Of a stretch of 64,000 nucleotides of DNA, positions 51,101 through 61,092 are shown piece by piece. Within the stretch, counting starts at the first letter, position 1. The number at the start of each line of letters is the position of its first letter. The notes under the pieces are model-generated. The model was not told the DNA's origin, did no database searches, and saw only the letters and a list, made by a program, of their open reading frames with translations. Made by a program: the position numbers and the translations under genes. Origin of the DNA: Rhynchopus sp. YZ270_cl-10 (Eukaryota); assembly GCA_964035575.1 (NCBI GenBank), contig OZ037845.1, positions 992,001 through 1,056,000 of the forward strand. The letters are read 5' to 3'.

Positions 51101-54100
51101 ACGCACTTCTCTCCTACGAACCTCGAAGCAGTGCGGCAGCGCGTCGACAAGCTGGCAGGCGCACCTACACAGGGTGAAGGTGCAAAGTTCTTCACAGACG
51201 AGGCAACTGCAAGGCTGGGCGTCTGTCTCGAGGTGGACGCGACCCTCACAGACACGCTGTTCTCAGAGCTCTTCGCCCTCCTCAGCATCGTGCTCCCCTA
51301 CGGCACAGGGGGTGACGGCACGACCCTCTCGATCCACATCGAAAGCACACTCCGCTTCAGCAAAATGGCCGCCTTCTCCCCACCCTGCAAGCAGAGCCTC
51401 ACCTTCACCAGAACGAACCCACCCATGTTCCTGGCAGACTGCCAGCAGCGCACCTACCAAGAAGGGAGCGGGAAGATGAAGCTTTTTAACGGCGCCTCGC
51501 TTCCTCCCAATAGCGACAACGAGCCACAGCACCCTGTGATCCACGTGATCATCCATGTGGAAGGGCTTGGCCTGCAGGACTACCTCACCTGTGCGAGCAC
51601 GGTGAAGAAGAAGGAAAGCATTGTCGCCACGGCGCCCGCCTTCAGTGGCATGAAAGTGACCGAGCATGGGTGGTTGATGCAGAGGAGCGACAAGGCTGGT
51701 GAGGGTGACGCAGTGCCTGCTACGCCGGATCACAGCACCACCGTGGTTAAGGTGGCGAACAACGCAAAGGACATACGCCACTTCTTCAAGAACCTTGCCT
51801 TCATCAACACAAGCAATGACCCCGAGGAGACGGAGCGTGTCTTCACCATTGCCCTACGCTTTGCAAGCGACGACGACCGCGACACCGACAGCGACACCTC
51901 CTGCCCTGTCGTGCTTGGACGCATCCGCGTCAACATGATCGCCTCCGACGACCCTTCTGTCGTGGACTTCGGGATGGTGTCTTGTTGGCGCCAGGTTGCC
52001 AAGGACGTCCCCCTACAGCTGCAGGGGCACCTTCCGCAACAGGAACCGATTGCCTTTGCACAGTTTGGGTGCATCACTGATGTTGATACTGAAGAGTTCA
52101 GTGCCGGGTTTCTTCGGTTTTCACTTGCACCAGGGCATCACAAGACAGACAGCCTGCAGTTCCAAAGCAGTGAAGACTCGAAGGTGACCTTCAAGGGTGG
52201 GAAGTATGTGTACTATGCTGACGAGACAGAGGCCTTTGCGTGTTATGAAAGCAATGCAAGCTCGTTGGACGTGTCGTTCTGTGCGAACGCAGCCATCACA
52301 AAAGCAGACGCACTCTTCCGCTGTGTCGCCCTCAGCATCGCAGAGAGTGCAAAGCCTGCGAAAGAAGTGCGTTGTGTGACTGTCAACTGCGAGTTCTTGA
52401 TTGGCACCTTCCCTGTGCACAACTCCTGCCACGTCAAGGTGTCGCCACCGCTGCTGCATGCCCCCGCGAGTAGCTGCACCAGCTGCATCAAGGAAGATGC
52501 CGGCCCTGTTCCACTATGCACTAGGTTTGACATTCTCGAGCAAGACGACGGGTTTGACGGGGGCTTCATCCTTGTGAGCGTCGTTGAAGGTGCTTCTATT
52601 CACGACCTTCCTTACATCAGTGAGAAGGGTGATGTACGCCTTGGTCCTTGCACCAAGCATACCACTGAAGACGAGGCACCCAAGCAGCACGAGGTGCTGG
52701 CGTCCATCCTTGCGGAGGAGGATGACGAGGACGTCGACGAAGCAGAGCCAGACGGTGCAGACGACAAGGACGACTCTGTGCAGGAGACGAAGTGCGAGAA
52801 GCGTGACAAGGTGGAGCTCAAAGACCTCGTCCGCAAGCACATCAAGCCCGAGGCAAGGAAGCGTCTCGAGCAGCGTCGACACATTGTGCGCACGATCAAC
52901 CTCAGCATCACGCAGTTCAAAGACATGATCCAGGAGGAGGAGAGCTGCACTCTCTTTGACAAACAGCAGCACGCAGCACGCCTTTCTGAGTCACGCCCAG
53001 TCTTTGTCGGGAGCGAAGAGATTGGGCTTATGACACATTTTCCTGAAGGCATGTTAGTGAAGTTCAAGACCGGCAAGAAGGTGAAGCGCCTTTTGCAGGG
53101 TGACGTGCCGAGCACGACGACGACGCGGAAGGAGAGCTGCGAGGTCAAGCGGAAGGACGTGCTTCAGGTGCTCCGTGCTATTACCTTCCAGAACACGTCA
53201 AAAACAACGAAGATCCATAGAAAGGTGCTGCAGGTGACACTGCACGACGGGCTTGGGCACGCATCGCATACATTGCATGAGGTCAACATTGAAGACGTGG
53301 ACGATGCAACGGAGATCCGCCGCCTCTCCCCTGACATGCGCATCCTGCACCAGGGCACGAGGTGGGAGGCAAACGGCTTCTTGCCCCTCGACGACTACAC
53401 GCTCTACGACCCCGACACAGTTGTCTTCAACGGCGGCTACGTTAACATTGCCCTCGTGAACCCAAAGCGGCAGGACCGACTCTCTGTGCAGACCCTGGAG
53501 CAGCAGAAGCAAAGCTTCGAACAGTATTCAGCACTACTGCACGACACGAACCACCCCGATCTGCACAGGCTAAAGGGGACACGCCGATTCGGTGCTGTGA
53601 GTGACGAAGCAAAGCGACGTTTCTTTGACGTCGACGGCGCGAACATTCTGCACAACGGTGTCCCCTTCGGCACCATTGCGGAAGACAGTGGTGGTGTGCT
53701 GCTTGTAGAGCTGGCTGCCATGCCCGCCGCCTTTGCAGACGAGGAGTACATAAAGGTGTCCGCGCTAGCGGCAGAGCAAAAGGTCGATGCTGGTGTCATC
53801 ACCTTAGGCCTTGTGGAGGACTTCCTGAGTTGCGTCGCCTTCAGGACGAAGAAGTGCCAGAAGCCGCAGATCTCAACTCTTATGCTCAAGATCGGCGCCG
53901 AAGAAGGTCTGCCTGGCAAGCGGCGCATCCAGCTGCAAATCTCCCCTCCCTTCCTCCATGCGACACACAGCAAAGAGCTTGAGTACACGCGCGGTGGTGA
54001 TGCCATTCCGCTTATTGAGAACTACAGAATGACAACGGACCACTGCTTCAAGGATGGCTTCTTCGCGGTGAAGCTGTTGCAAAAGGAGGGGCCAGAGAAA

Positions 54101-55351
54101 GTCTTTTTGCGGACAGAGACAGCACAGTTTGTGCAGAAGCAGAAGTCGCTCTTCTACAGAAGCGAGTTCGTGGGTGAGGTCACAGAGGACGTCTCCGACT
54201 CCAGCCACGAGCTCAGAGTGACCTTCAACTGGGCCTCTGTCGCCACAGCGGAGGTCCTCAACCAGCTCTTCACAACGTTCTACTACGAAAGCCTGACCGA
54301 GCCCAGCGACACCGTGGGTCTGCGTGAGGTCGAGATAACCATGACCGAATCTGACCCCGCCGCAGGCTGTGTCTTCACACTTCCCGTGTTCAACACCATA
54401 CCAAGCTTGGCGTTCGATGTCTCTGTGGGGAATGTGCCAACGTACCGCCACTGTACCGCCCCAGTGTTACCCCTCGGCGCTTTTGGCCTGGCTCCAAAGT
54501 TGTTAGAAAATGTCTCAGTGCTACACAGTGGGTCGTGGGTAGAGTGCACGATCCAAGAGCGCAAGCAGCAGGGTGAGTCTGTGTGCGTGCACAGCAACGT
54601 GTTCAAAGACGACAGCGAGGTGCTTAAGTACCTCTCCACAGCACACCCATCTGTCGCTTCGTACGAGGACCTTGGCAAAGCAAACGGGTTCAGGGCTGTC
54701 TTCCACGCTACGACGCACACAGCGGTGCAGGACTTCGTGCGCGACATTTGCTATCACAACTACACAAGCACGTGTCCCTCAACTGTGACGCTGCACCTGA
54801 AGCTGAAGGGGACAGGGTCGTTGGGTGTGTACTCTTCGTCTGTGGTGGTGCCGTGTGTGCCACCTGCGTTGTGTGTGCCGGGTAGTGCTTCTTTGCAACA
54901 CTCGAAGACCTTTGCAGAGAGCTTACAGATGGTGGACGTGGACGGGGGGGTTCCGGGACTGGGAGAGACGTTTGTGTTGCAGGTCACCGTTGTAGGCGGC
55001 AACGGCGTGTATGTGTTTCACGAAGAAGATGCACCACAGGTGGCTCAGGCAAGAAGACAGTCCTTGACGAGACACAAGGGTTCAGTATCCAATGCGCAGG
55101 ATGCAGGCCTCCCGTCAAATCTCGAACTTCTCGTGACGCACAGCAACTTTTCCGAAAGGGCATGTGGCGTTGTCTTGCGTGGGCTTCCTGGTGTAGGGCA
55201 GAAGAGAGAGACGTCTGCAGGTCCACGTGGCGGCAGGTCTGGTGGGAGTGGGGGAAACAGTGGGCAGCCCTTAGGTACTTTACATGTTTCTCTGTGGAAT
55301 AAGGATTTGAGTGTCTGTTGCCACACATCTTATGTGAAAATAACAAATTAA
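48197..55351 (+). CDS. Giant protein (~2380 aa): Kelch repeats, LRR-like segment, coiled coil, then repeated beta-sandwich/adhesin-like domains
   Basis: Kelch motifs LIIHGG, LILHGG, RAGHTAA..MIVAGG; E/R/K-rich coil; recurring D..F.GG.h.h and F.NTS..P...R motifs. Confidence 0.8.
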   Translation: MTTLASPVDAKWWPYFESVAGSARVKRSAPTHEEVTPPTDEVPEHCAVVVWRDQHLFAVCRGKLFCLRLEAAGDNPITGWTCAQVQGTGPTAVLAAATLFGAKLIIHGGLESSEMTGAMHMTSLNPYERRWVKVYQQHTAEETALPTPVCQHTLSLWKAKRKLILHGGAATLSPKLELTDQTWLFDLDTQVWTELPRSGTGRAGHTAAVLHGSMIVAGGIEECGALSWLVSVFILESKVWRVITKPESPLFQDMLLSPMCIDIPGKAVWWSGGAKLDLSNISTKTAWRLCSTATLPRIEAKCPWAASAASGIIYYVVDNCLWLFHRGTWETVTLQHNHNICDEADDVPEELVQVQSPLTPSRPKALPQQQPTTPKEKEPLHFLPVGYSGPQAAPPLLPRPLTLPARQRTGPRLSTPPLDWAKEASVIKTVLKTSRTKRVHMQKGSSTVEKEIAANLSGCSPKAVASIMQLKADAHVLDLSSMKLTSADYFLIYIALRRHPSIQKVDCSNVSKVDDISARAVVGTLTENPRITKWLFDNVEFESVSSKRAILAHTQGNMHVESGRLHGQHSGVIQTRRYRALQQERRRREGQFARVRERVLQELSGEQERLSIEQSEGRLRLRLAKDAACEILAEQQRKDKLLIALLQAHSEAQAQSRLNFTDDESDVRSEAEKLFMQDYRQMCQDELTERRALEEVLAERAKVHRAEREAISIKEKDERSYVKDDHDKGLKALRVEMASVIQKQRELERLIRQQIEEEERRKRDEETRRRQEAEKKKRLEAEAEMKRCAQVSELSWREITSREKVETAATRELNHLKTDEWDVMYKHALHQQLIGNAERELHKLESEPPTFSLSDTTSHAIYVCSGASTVVNRPLAGVSVVTNVPVPEHMHAGVIYPHNTETLQDIIVRRSEVEAAVVLLYILPQELTAEGAASIQLSMDTPCASVLRNAFSVEGGAVYQGGRSVASFTHFSPTNLEAVRQRVDKLAGAPTQGEGAKFFTDEATARLGVCLEVDATLTDTLFSELFALLSIVLPYGTGGDGTTLSIHIESTLRFSKMAAFSPPCKQSLTFTRTNPPMFLADCQQRTYQEGSGKMKLFNGASLPPNSDNEPQHPVIHVIIHVEGLGLQDYLTCASTVKKKESIVATAPAFSGMKVTEHGWLMQRSDKAGEGDAVPATPDHSTTVVKVANNAKDIRHFFKNLAFINTSNDPEETERVFTIALRFASDDDRDTDSDTSCPVVLGRIRVNMIASDDPSVVDFGMVSCWRQVAKDVPLQLQGHLPQQEPIAFAQFGCITDVDTEEFSAGFLRFSLAPGHHKTDSLQFQSSEDSKVTFKGGKYVYYADETEAFACYESNASSLDVSFCANAAITKADALFRCVALSIAESAKPAKEVRCVTVNCEFLIGTFPVHNSCHVKVSPPLLHAPASSCTSCIKEDAGPVPLCTRFDILEQDDGFDGGFILVSVVEGASIHDLPYISEKGDVRLGPCTKHTTEDEAPKQHEVLASILAEEDDEDVDEAEPDGADDKDDSVQETKCEKRDKVELKDLVRKHIKPEARKRLEQRRHIVRTINLSITQFKDMIQEEESCTLFDKQQHAARLSESRPVFVGSEEIGLMTHFPEGMLVKFKTGKKVKRLLQGDVPSTTTTRKESCEVKRKDVLQVLRAITFQNTSKTTKIHRKVLQVTLHDGLGHASHTLHEVNIEDVDDATEIRRLSPDMRILHQGTRWEANGFLPLDDYTLYDPDTVVFNGGYVNIALVNPKRQDRLSVQTLEQQKQSFEQYSALLHDTNHPDLHRLKGTRRFGAVSDEAKRRFFDVDGANILHNGVPFGTIAEDSGGVLLVELAAMPAAFADEEYIKVSALAAEQKVDAGVITLGLVEDFLSCVAFRTKKCQKPQISTLMLKIGAEEGLPGKRRIQLQISPPFLHATHSKELEYTRGGDAIPLIENYRMTTDHCFKDGFFAVKLLQKEGPEKVFLRTETAQFVQKQKSLFYRSEFVGEVTEDVSDSSHELRVTFNWASVATAEVLNQLFTTFYYESLTEPSDTVGLREVEITMTESDPAAGCVFTLPVFNTIPSLAFDVSVGNVPTYRHCTAPVLPLGAFGLAPKLLENVSVLHSGSWVECTIQERKQQGESVCVHSNVFKDDSEVLKYLSTAHPSVASYEDLGKANGFRAVFHATTHTAVQDFVRDICYHNYTSTCPSTVTLHLKLKGTGSLGVYSSSVVVPCVPPALCVPGSASLQHSKTFAESLQMVDVDGGVPGLGETFVLQVTVVGGNGVYVFHEEDAPQVAQARRQSLTRHKGSVSNAQDAGLPSNLELLVTHSNFSERACGVVLRGLPGVGQKRETSAGPRGGRSGGSGGNSGQPLGTLHVSLWNKDLSVCCHTSYVKITN

Positions 55352-55683
55352 GTCAAACATAATTGCGTTTCACTTACGTGTACGCCTTTAAATGCGCAGA
55401 ACAAACTGAATGGCGCAAATGCTCTTCGTTAGGACTGCCCACCAGTTTTGCACGTTTGTCAGGTTCCAACTGTTCAACTATTTAAGTGTTGTATTGGTTC
55501 TGCTTCTGCCAAGCAGAACCGTTCTTCTGTCATTTTTCTGTCAAATATGATTATGCAAAGTAGTTCTTGCTGCGTAACTCAGTGAGTATTTCAGTCAACA
55601 GTTATAAAAAATAGTGAGGTTCTTTTATTGCATCAATTTGGTTGTCACTCCGAATACTTCACATGACACCACACACAGCGAGC

Positions 55684-55776
55684 ATGATGACAAAACTTCT
55701 TGGCAGCACCGCAAGCTGCTCCCAATACACCTCTCAGGAGGATATGAGGGTTGGTCTTTCTTTCGCCCCTAGCTGA
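55684..55776 (+). ncRNA. C/D box snoRNA, guide for LSU UAGGGGCGAAAGA (yeast Gm908-equivalent)
   Basis: ATGATGA ... TCTTTCGCCCCTA-G-CTGA; the D+5 rule points at the second G. Confidence 0.82.
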
Positions 55777-55854
55777 CTCCACAACCTGTGCACATTCACA
55801 CATCTCATCACATCACATCACACCACGATGCAACACACAACTGCAGCTTCGGAA

Positions 55855-55941
55855 GTGATGAAAACCACTGATATGCCGCCCCAGTCGGAGCTCCACGAGC
55901 GATGCCCGAATAGGCTTTACAATACCTTAGGACACCTCTGA
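55855..55941 (+). ncRNA. Dual-guide C/D snoRNA, copy 1 (LSU P-loop G2251-equivalent and AGGUGUCCUAAGG)
   Basis: GTGATGA; guide GCCGCCCCAGT + D' CGGA; guide CCTTAGGACACCT + CTGA. Confidence 0.88.
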
Positions 55942-56082
55942 TCTCTCTTCTGCCTCGAAACACATGAATACTATTTAGATTGAGGAGCTGTTGATGTGAT
56001 GGAAGGAGCGACACCTCGTACCCCACAAACACACCACACCAACAGACACACTATTATCCTTTCCCTTTCCACTCACACCCAA

Positions 56083-56571
56083 ATGTCTCAGTCCAGACGT
56101 GAGGAACACGCACACACGACAGCATGCTCTGATCTGGTGAACCCCGTGGACGAGTTTGCACCCGGACAGGTGCTGCGGAAGGGACGGCGTGGGGACGGGG
56201 AGCGGTGCTACCTTGTTGCGTGGCGTGGTGCGGAGGGGCTGTGCACGTGGGAGACGGAGACTGTGCTTGAGGATGCAGGACACGTGCAGCTGTTGCGTGT
56301 TGGCAGTGCAGGTGCAGGTGCAGGTGTGGCGCTTGGTGTTGGGGATGTGGAGACACAGGACACACACAGCAGCAGACGGCGGCAGCGTGCGACGGGGTGT
56401 GTGAAGCCGGCACGGAGTGGACCGATGATGCGGGTGGGGTTGGGTGGACAGACAGAGCGTGAGGGTGTGTTGCGGACACTCCCACAGAACAAGCCTGTGC
56501 CACGTGTTGCGAAGGGGGAGAAGACGAAGGTGAAGCGTCTGCGTGACGAGTGGCGTGTGTCGCGATGCTGA
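56083..56571 (+). CDS. Chromodomain-containing protein
   Basis: EFAPGQVLRKGRRGDGERCYLVAWRG...TWE chromo pattern; start uncertain. Confidence 0.65.
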   Translation: MSQSRREEHAHTTACSDLVNPVDEFAPGQVLRKGRRGDGERCYLVAWRGAEGLCTWETETVLEDAGHVQLLRVGSAGAGAGVALGVGDVETQDTHSSRRRQRATGCVKPARSGPMMRVGLGGQTEREGVLRTLPQNKPVPRVAKGEKTKVKRLRDEWRVSRC

Positions 56572-57023
56572 GGTGCATGTGAGGCACATCTGTTCTGTCT
56601 GACCTGCTTCAGGCAACCCTAACCTTTTATTGCTTTTATTGCTTTACTTTTCAAGAAACACTTTGGCTGGAACATGTGCACTGCACGTGTTGGCAGCTCT
56701 CTTGTCCTTCTTCTTTTGTTCATGTGCACATGAATGTTTGCTTCATGTAAATGCAGAGATGTACCAAAACAGTCTGTCAAGCGGCTTTCTATCCACAGCT
56801 GCAGGACACTGTCTTGTGCATCTGTATTCTATTCAAACGAACACACAATTCATTCACCCGTTTTATTCGCATTCTGTTAGGATTCTTCTCTCCCTTATTC
56901 CTTGATGTTCTTCAGCATCCCATCCCATTCCATTCCCTTACTGACACGCAGTGCAGTTTTAATTCACCACCACACAGATATTACATTCACACAACAACGA
57001 ACAAAACACCAAAACCACACAAG

Positions 57024-57731
57024 ATGCCGACCGGAATCCTGAACTCGCACGACTTCTCGCAGCCTTGCCGCTCTGTTTCGTGGTTTGCTGCCTACGCGAA
57101 GTCTGATGTTGAGCTGCGCACGGTTGAGATGCTGAAGGGGGAGCAGAAGCACCCCGACTACGTTGCGAAGTTCCCTGCCGGCCAGATCCCGTCGTACGAG
57201 GAGGGCGACTTCTTCCTGGAGGAGAGTGCTGCGATCCTGCAGTACCTTGCTGAGGGACACGCCATTGTGCCGAAGGACAAGAAGCAGCAGGCGAAGGTGA
57301 TGCAGTTTGTGGCACGGAACCTGGCCAGAGTGCGCAAGATCAGCGGCGAGGTTGTGACCCACTGCTTCTTTGCGTCTGCCGAGGAGTTCCCCGCCCTGCT
57401 CAAGGCAGGCATCGAGAAGGTCACCCCGACCCTGCAGCTGTACGACACCCTCCTCTCGAAGCAGAACTTCGTGGCTGGGGACGACATCTCGATTGCGGAC
57501 TTCCTGTTCGCACCTGAGGTGGACCAGCTCCTCCTTGTGCAGGGGAAAATTGGGAAGAACCTGCTGGAGGGATACCCGTCCATCCTTGCCTACATTGAGC
57601 GGTTGAAGTCTGTTGAGGGCTACAGTGCAAACTTCCAGAAGTCTGGTGAGTGGTTGAAGAATGCAGCAGGAATCAAGGCTGCTATTGAGGCCAAGAAGGC
57701 TGCTGCTGCTGCCGCTGCTGCCCAGAAGTAG
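57024..57731 (+). CDS. Glutathione S-transferase, theta-like
   Basis: SQPCRSV, PAGQIP, LEESAAILQYL and FVAGDDISIADF motifs. Confidence 0.92.
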   Translation: MPTGILNSHDFSQPCRSVSWFAAYAKSDVELRTVEMLKGEQKHPDYVAKFPAGQIPSYEEGDFFLEESAAILQYLAEGHAIVPKDKKQQAKVMQFVARNLARVRKISGEVVTHCFFASAEEFPALLKAGIEKVTPTLQLYDTLLSKQNFVAGDDISIADFLFAPEVDQLLLVQGKIGKNLLEGYPSILAYIERLKSVEGYSANFQKSGEWLKNAAGIKAAIEAKKAAAAAAAAQK

Positions 57732-58404
57732 GAAGGTAACAAGGGTGCTCAGACTGGAATTTCACTTCATTTCTCTTTTTCTTGTCTTTTTTGGGATTTC
57801 ATTATCCCACGCTACTCTCTTTTCGAGAAAACATCCCAACAGCGTTTGTTGTGCTTTTTATCTCGTTTCTATCTCCGCCCTAACTTCACTTTTGTTTCTG
57901 TTTTCACTCTTATTTTCAACTCTTTTGATCAGACGTGTGTGGCCCCAAGTCCAAGTGTGGTCCGTTCGTCTTTGTTTGTTTGTTTGTTTCGAGGATCAGC
58001 AGTGGGAACGGAAAGGAAGGTAACGTGATGTGGCACCCAATATGAAGTGCTGTCACGTTTCCCCATTCCCCACCCTGCTAACCTCGACATGGTTTGTGGT
58101 TTCTGCACAAGGAGGTGACCGGGCATGTCTGTCGTGTGTGTCAACAGCGACTGTGCAGTTGCTCGCTTTTCTGTGAGCTTTGCCTTTCTCTGCAACATAC
58201 CAATGAAAATGGCACGCCCGAACCAACCAGAAAATAATGTGCAAAAAAATCGATAAAATAAAGACATGACGCTTTCTTGTATTCTTCACAGCATCCCATC
58301 CGTTCAGCCCCTGCTGTGCAGTTTGTCACCGCAATGCAACCTGTGCACATTCACACATCACATCACATCACACCACGATGCAACACACAACTGCAGCTTC
58401 GGAA

Positions 58405-58491
58405 GTGATGAAAACCACTGATATGCCGCCCCAGTCGGAGCTCCACGAGCGATGCCCGAATAGGCTTTACAATACCTTAGGACACCTCTGA
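58405..58491 (+). ncRNA. Dual-guide C/D snoRNA, copy 2
   Basis: Identical to 55855-55941. Confidence 0.88.
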
Positions 58492-58620
58492 TCTCTCTTC
58501 TGCCTCGAAACACATCAAGTCTCCTGTGTCTTGAGAGGAAGCACTTCTCGCCCTTCCTTGCTCACCCCAACAAAACCAACCCCACACAGATTCTCAACAA
58601 CACCACCCTCACCACACAAA

Positions 58621-59265
58621 ATGGCACCGACCCTGAAGCTTGTCTACTTCGCCCTCCCCTCGAAGCCTGAGGCGACCCGTCTTGCCGCAAACGTGGGTGG
58701 CCTTGTGCTTGAGGATGAGCACATTGACTTCCCGACGTGGGGAGCGAGTCTGAAGGCAAAGGTGGCACCGCAGCAGCTGCCGCTTCTGCACGTGGACGGG
58801 GAGGTGGTGGGACAGAGCAACGCAATCCTGCGCTACGTCGGGAGACTGACGAACCTGTACCCCAAGGATGCACGTGCGGCGCTGAGTGTGGACGAGATCA
58901 TTGACTACGCAGATGAGCTCTTCACAGTTCTGCGCAAGTCGTTTGCGATCAAGGACGAGGATGAGAAGAAGGCCTTCCGTGTGACTGCCATTGCTGAGGG
59001 TGGGGACTTCCACAAGTGGCTTGTCTTCCTGGACTCGCGTCTTGCGGGGAAGAAGTACGCTGTGGGTGACTCCCTGACAGTGGCAGACTTGGTCATCTTC
59101 ACATATGCACAGTTCCTTGTGTCTGGGTTCCTTGACGGTGTCCCGTCGGACGCACTGGTGTCGTTCAAGAACCTTGCTGCACACAAGGCTGTGGTTGCAA
59201 ACCACCCGAAGGTGAAGGAGTACTACGCGTCTGCGGAGGGCCTCCGTGCTGTTTTGAAGGCATGA
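58621..59265 (+). CDS. Glutathione S-transferase, sigma-like
   Basis: LKLVYF, QLPLLHVDG..GQSNAILRYVG and VGDSLTVADL motifs. Confidence 0.92.
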   Translation: MAPTLKLVYFALPSKPEATRLAANVGGLVLEDEHIDFPTWGASLKAKVAPQQLPLLHVDGEVVGQSNAILRYVGRLTNLYPKDARAALSVDEIIDYADELFTVLRKSFAIKDEDEKKAFRVTAIAEGGDFHKWLVFLDSRLAGKKYAVGDSLTVADLVIFTYAQFLVSGFLDGVPSDALVSFKNLAAHKAVVANHPKVKEYYASAEGLRAVLKA

Positions 59266-59777
59266 ACTGCTTTGTGTCTTTGGGCCTTTTGGTGATGTCT
59301 GCGACTTTCACTTTGACTTTCATATTTTTTGGACAGGGTCGGGAAGGAAAGAAGGGATGTACAATGTGTCGTCCACTTCCTGCTCACCCTGTTATTGTGG
59401 AGACATTGAGCTAGCTTTGCTCTCCACACCTTGGGTTTTCTTATCGTGTGTCTGCGTCCACGAGGCGTCTGCACGTTACCGTTCACAACTTTGCTTTTCT
59501 TTTTTACTGTGTTTCCAAAACACATCTTCTCTTCGCCAGCTTACTCCTTTTGCTTTTTTGGGTTTTTCTTCTACCTTTTGGTGCGGCTTTTGCCTTCCCC
59601 TTTATGATGTGTTTGACATCAGAAAGGGGAAGCGGAAGATACCAAGAGTTACGAACGACATTGTTTATCCACACTTTTCTCCACGTCACAAAGTGATGTA
59701 CAAAACAAACGACACCACCCCCATGTTTTGATACTCCATTACTCGATTACTTCATTACGACCACTGCAGCTTCGGAA

Positions 59778-59864
59778 GTGATGAAAACCACTGATATGCC
59801 GCCCCAGTCGGAGCTCCACGAGCGATGCCCGAATAGGCTTTACAATACCTTAGGACACCTCTGA
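59778..59864 (+). ncRNA. Dual-guide C/D snoRNA, copy 3
   Basis: Identical to 55855-55941. Confidence 0.88.
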
Positions 59865-59900
59865 TCTCTCTTCTGCCTCGAAACACGTTGACACGAAATC

Positions 59901-59981
59901 ATGATGAAAACCTTTTAATTGTCAGTGCTGGCACCAATGTGAGTCTCGACCATGAGCACATACTTTAACCGCTTTGTCTGA
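59901..59981 (+). ncRNA. C/D snoRNA, guide for SSU UGGUGCCAGCA (yeast Gm562-equivalent)
   Basis: ATGATGA; GTGCTGGCACCA-AT followed by D' GTGA; terminal CTGA. Confidence 0.75.
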
Positions 59982-60023
59982 AACACTTCTGTTCCCCACC
60001 TTTCCACCCCTCCTCTGTTGTGC

Positions 60024-60092
60024 ATGATGAAATCCTGGAACCGCCCTAGCCAAGCCGAAGCAACGCTGTGGATACATTCCAACCTCACCTGA
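60024..60092 (+). ncRNA. Candidate C/D snoRNA, target unassigned
   Basis: ATGATGA ... CCGA (D') ... CTGA, within the cluster. Confidence 0.55.
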
Positions 60093-60148
60093 CTGCTGAC
60101 ACAACACCAAAGCAAACAACCACACACCACACTCCACACCACACGTTC

Positions 60149-60245
60149 ATGATGACCTTAAATGACTCCTGAAGGCACGCCCCAGCAAGGCGTGTCCTGT
60201 GTTGACATAGATTATGAGTCTCAAAGTGCAGGATCAGCCATCTGA
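60149..60245 (+). ncRNA. Candidate C/D snoRNA, possible guide to the SSU 5' end (UGGUUGAUCCUGC)
   Basis: ATGATGA ... GCAGGATCAGCCA-T-CTGA; pairing needs one G-U. Confidence 0.6.
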
Positions 60246-60554
60246 CTACGTGTTGCTGTCCATTATTTCCTCTTATTCTTTGAAGATGTATGGATGCACA
60301 TCTTTCTTTTCATGCCTCACATACACAGTTGTTTACACAAAACACACGTTAGCGACAACACAATGGTTTGGGTGTGCCCTAGAACTGGTGAGATCCGTGA
60401 GGGAGCTCTTGACGACCCGGTGGTATGAGATTGTGTTTGTTTTCGATTGTGATGGAGGATGTATGAAAGAGGTAGCAACGCTTTCTGCAGACCCGGCCAG
60501 TTTGAGGTCACCATTTTATTTCAGTTTTGCAGCAGTTTAGTTTGGTGAGACCAT

Positions 60555-60649
60555 GTGATGTAGTGTCCAATTGTGCGGCAGTTAGTATTTATTCCCGAAG
60601 TCAGAACACATTATGTGCCACATCTCTTGTGATGTGCTGTCTGTACTGA
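60555..60649 (+). ncRNA. Candidate C/D snoRNA, possible guide to LSU ACUUCGGGA
   Basis: Degenerate box C GTGATGT; TCCCGAAGT + CAGA (D'); terminal CTGA. Confidence 0.45.
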
Positions 60650-60927
60650 CTTCAGGAGTGTCGAATTGCTGATACGACACCAGCAAGAAATAACCACTTT
60701 TCCGGTAGAGAATGCTCTCAAAAGCTCTTCCGATGCCTCAAGCAGAACTGTCTATTTTAGTTGCTTTTTTTTTGACAAACATTCTTACGGAGAAGTGATG
60801 TGCCAAGCATTCCTGAGACATTGCACCACTGTTGCATTTCTTCCACAAGGACGTTGTGATCTTTTGCAGTGCACGCCAACATTGTTTTGAACTCTTTTTT
60901 TGTCACTTTATTTCATTCAAACTACAG

Positions 60928-61092
60928 GTTACCGTTGTCACGAACAGAAGCAACCTGTGCTCGCACACGGAGACCCGTGCACGCAGCTCGTCTCTGAAGG
61001 GAGAGAAGACTGAGTGGAAGTGGATTGAGGAGTCCGAGCTCTCTGCAACACAGAAGGAGACCCTCGTGCTCCAGAGGAAGGCTCAGGAATAG
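60928..61092 (+). CDS. Possible orphan terminal coding exon
   Basis: Pyrimidine tract + TACAG acceptor, then host-like codon usage to TAG; upstream exon not found. Confidence 0.3.
   Translation, partial: VTVVTNRSNLCSHTETRARSSSLKGEKTEWKWIEESELSATQKETLVLQRKAQE

Noticed and set aside
55547..55620. Additional snoRNA (ATGATTA, possible 5.8S guide TTGCTGCGT)
   Set aside because: Boxes are degenerate and there is no canonical D box; too weak to call.
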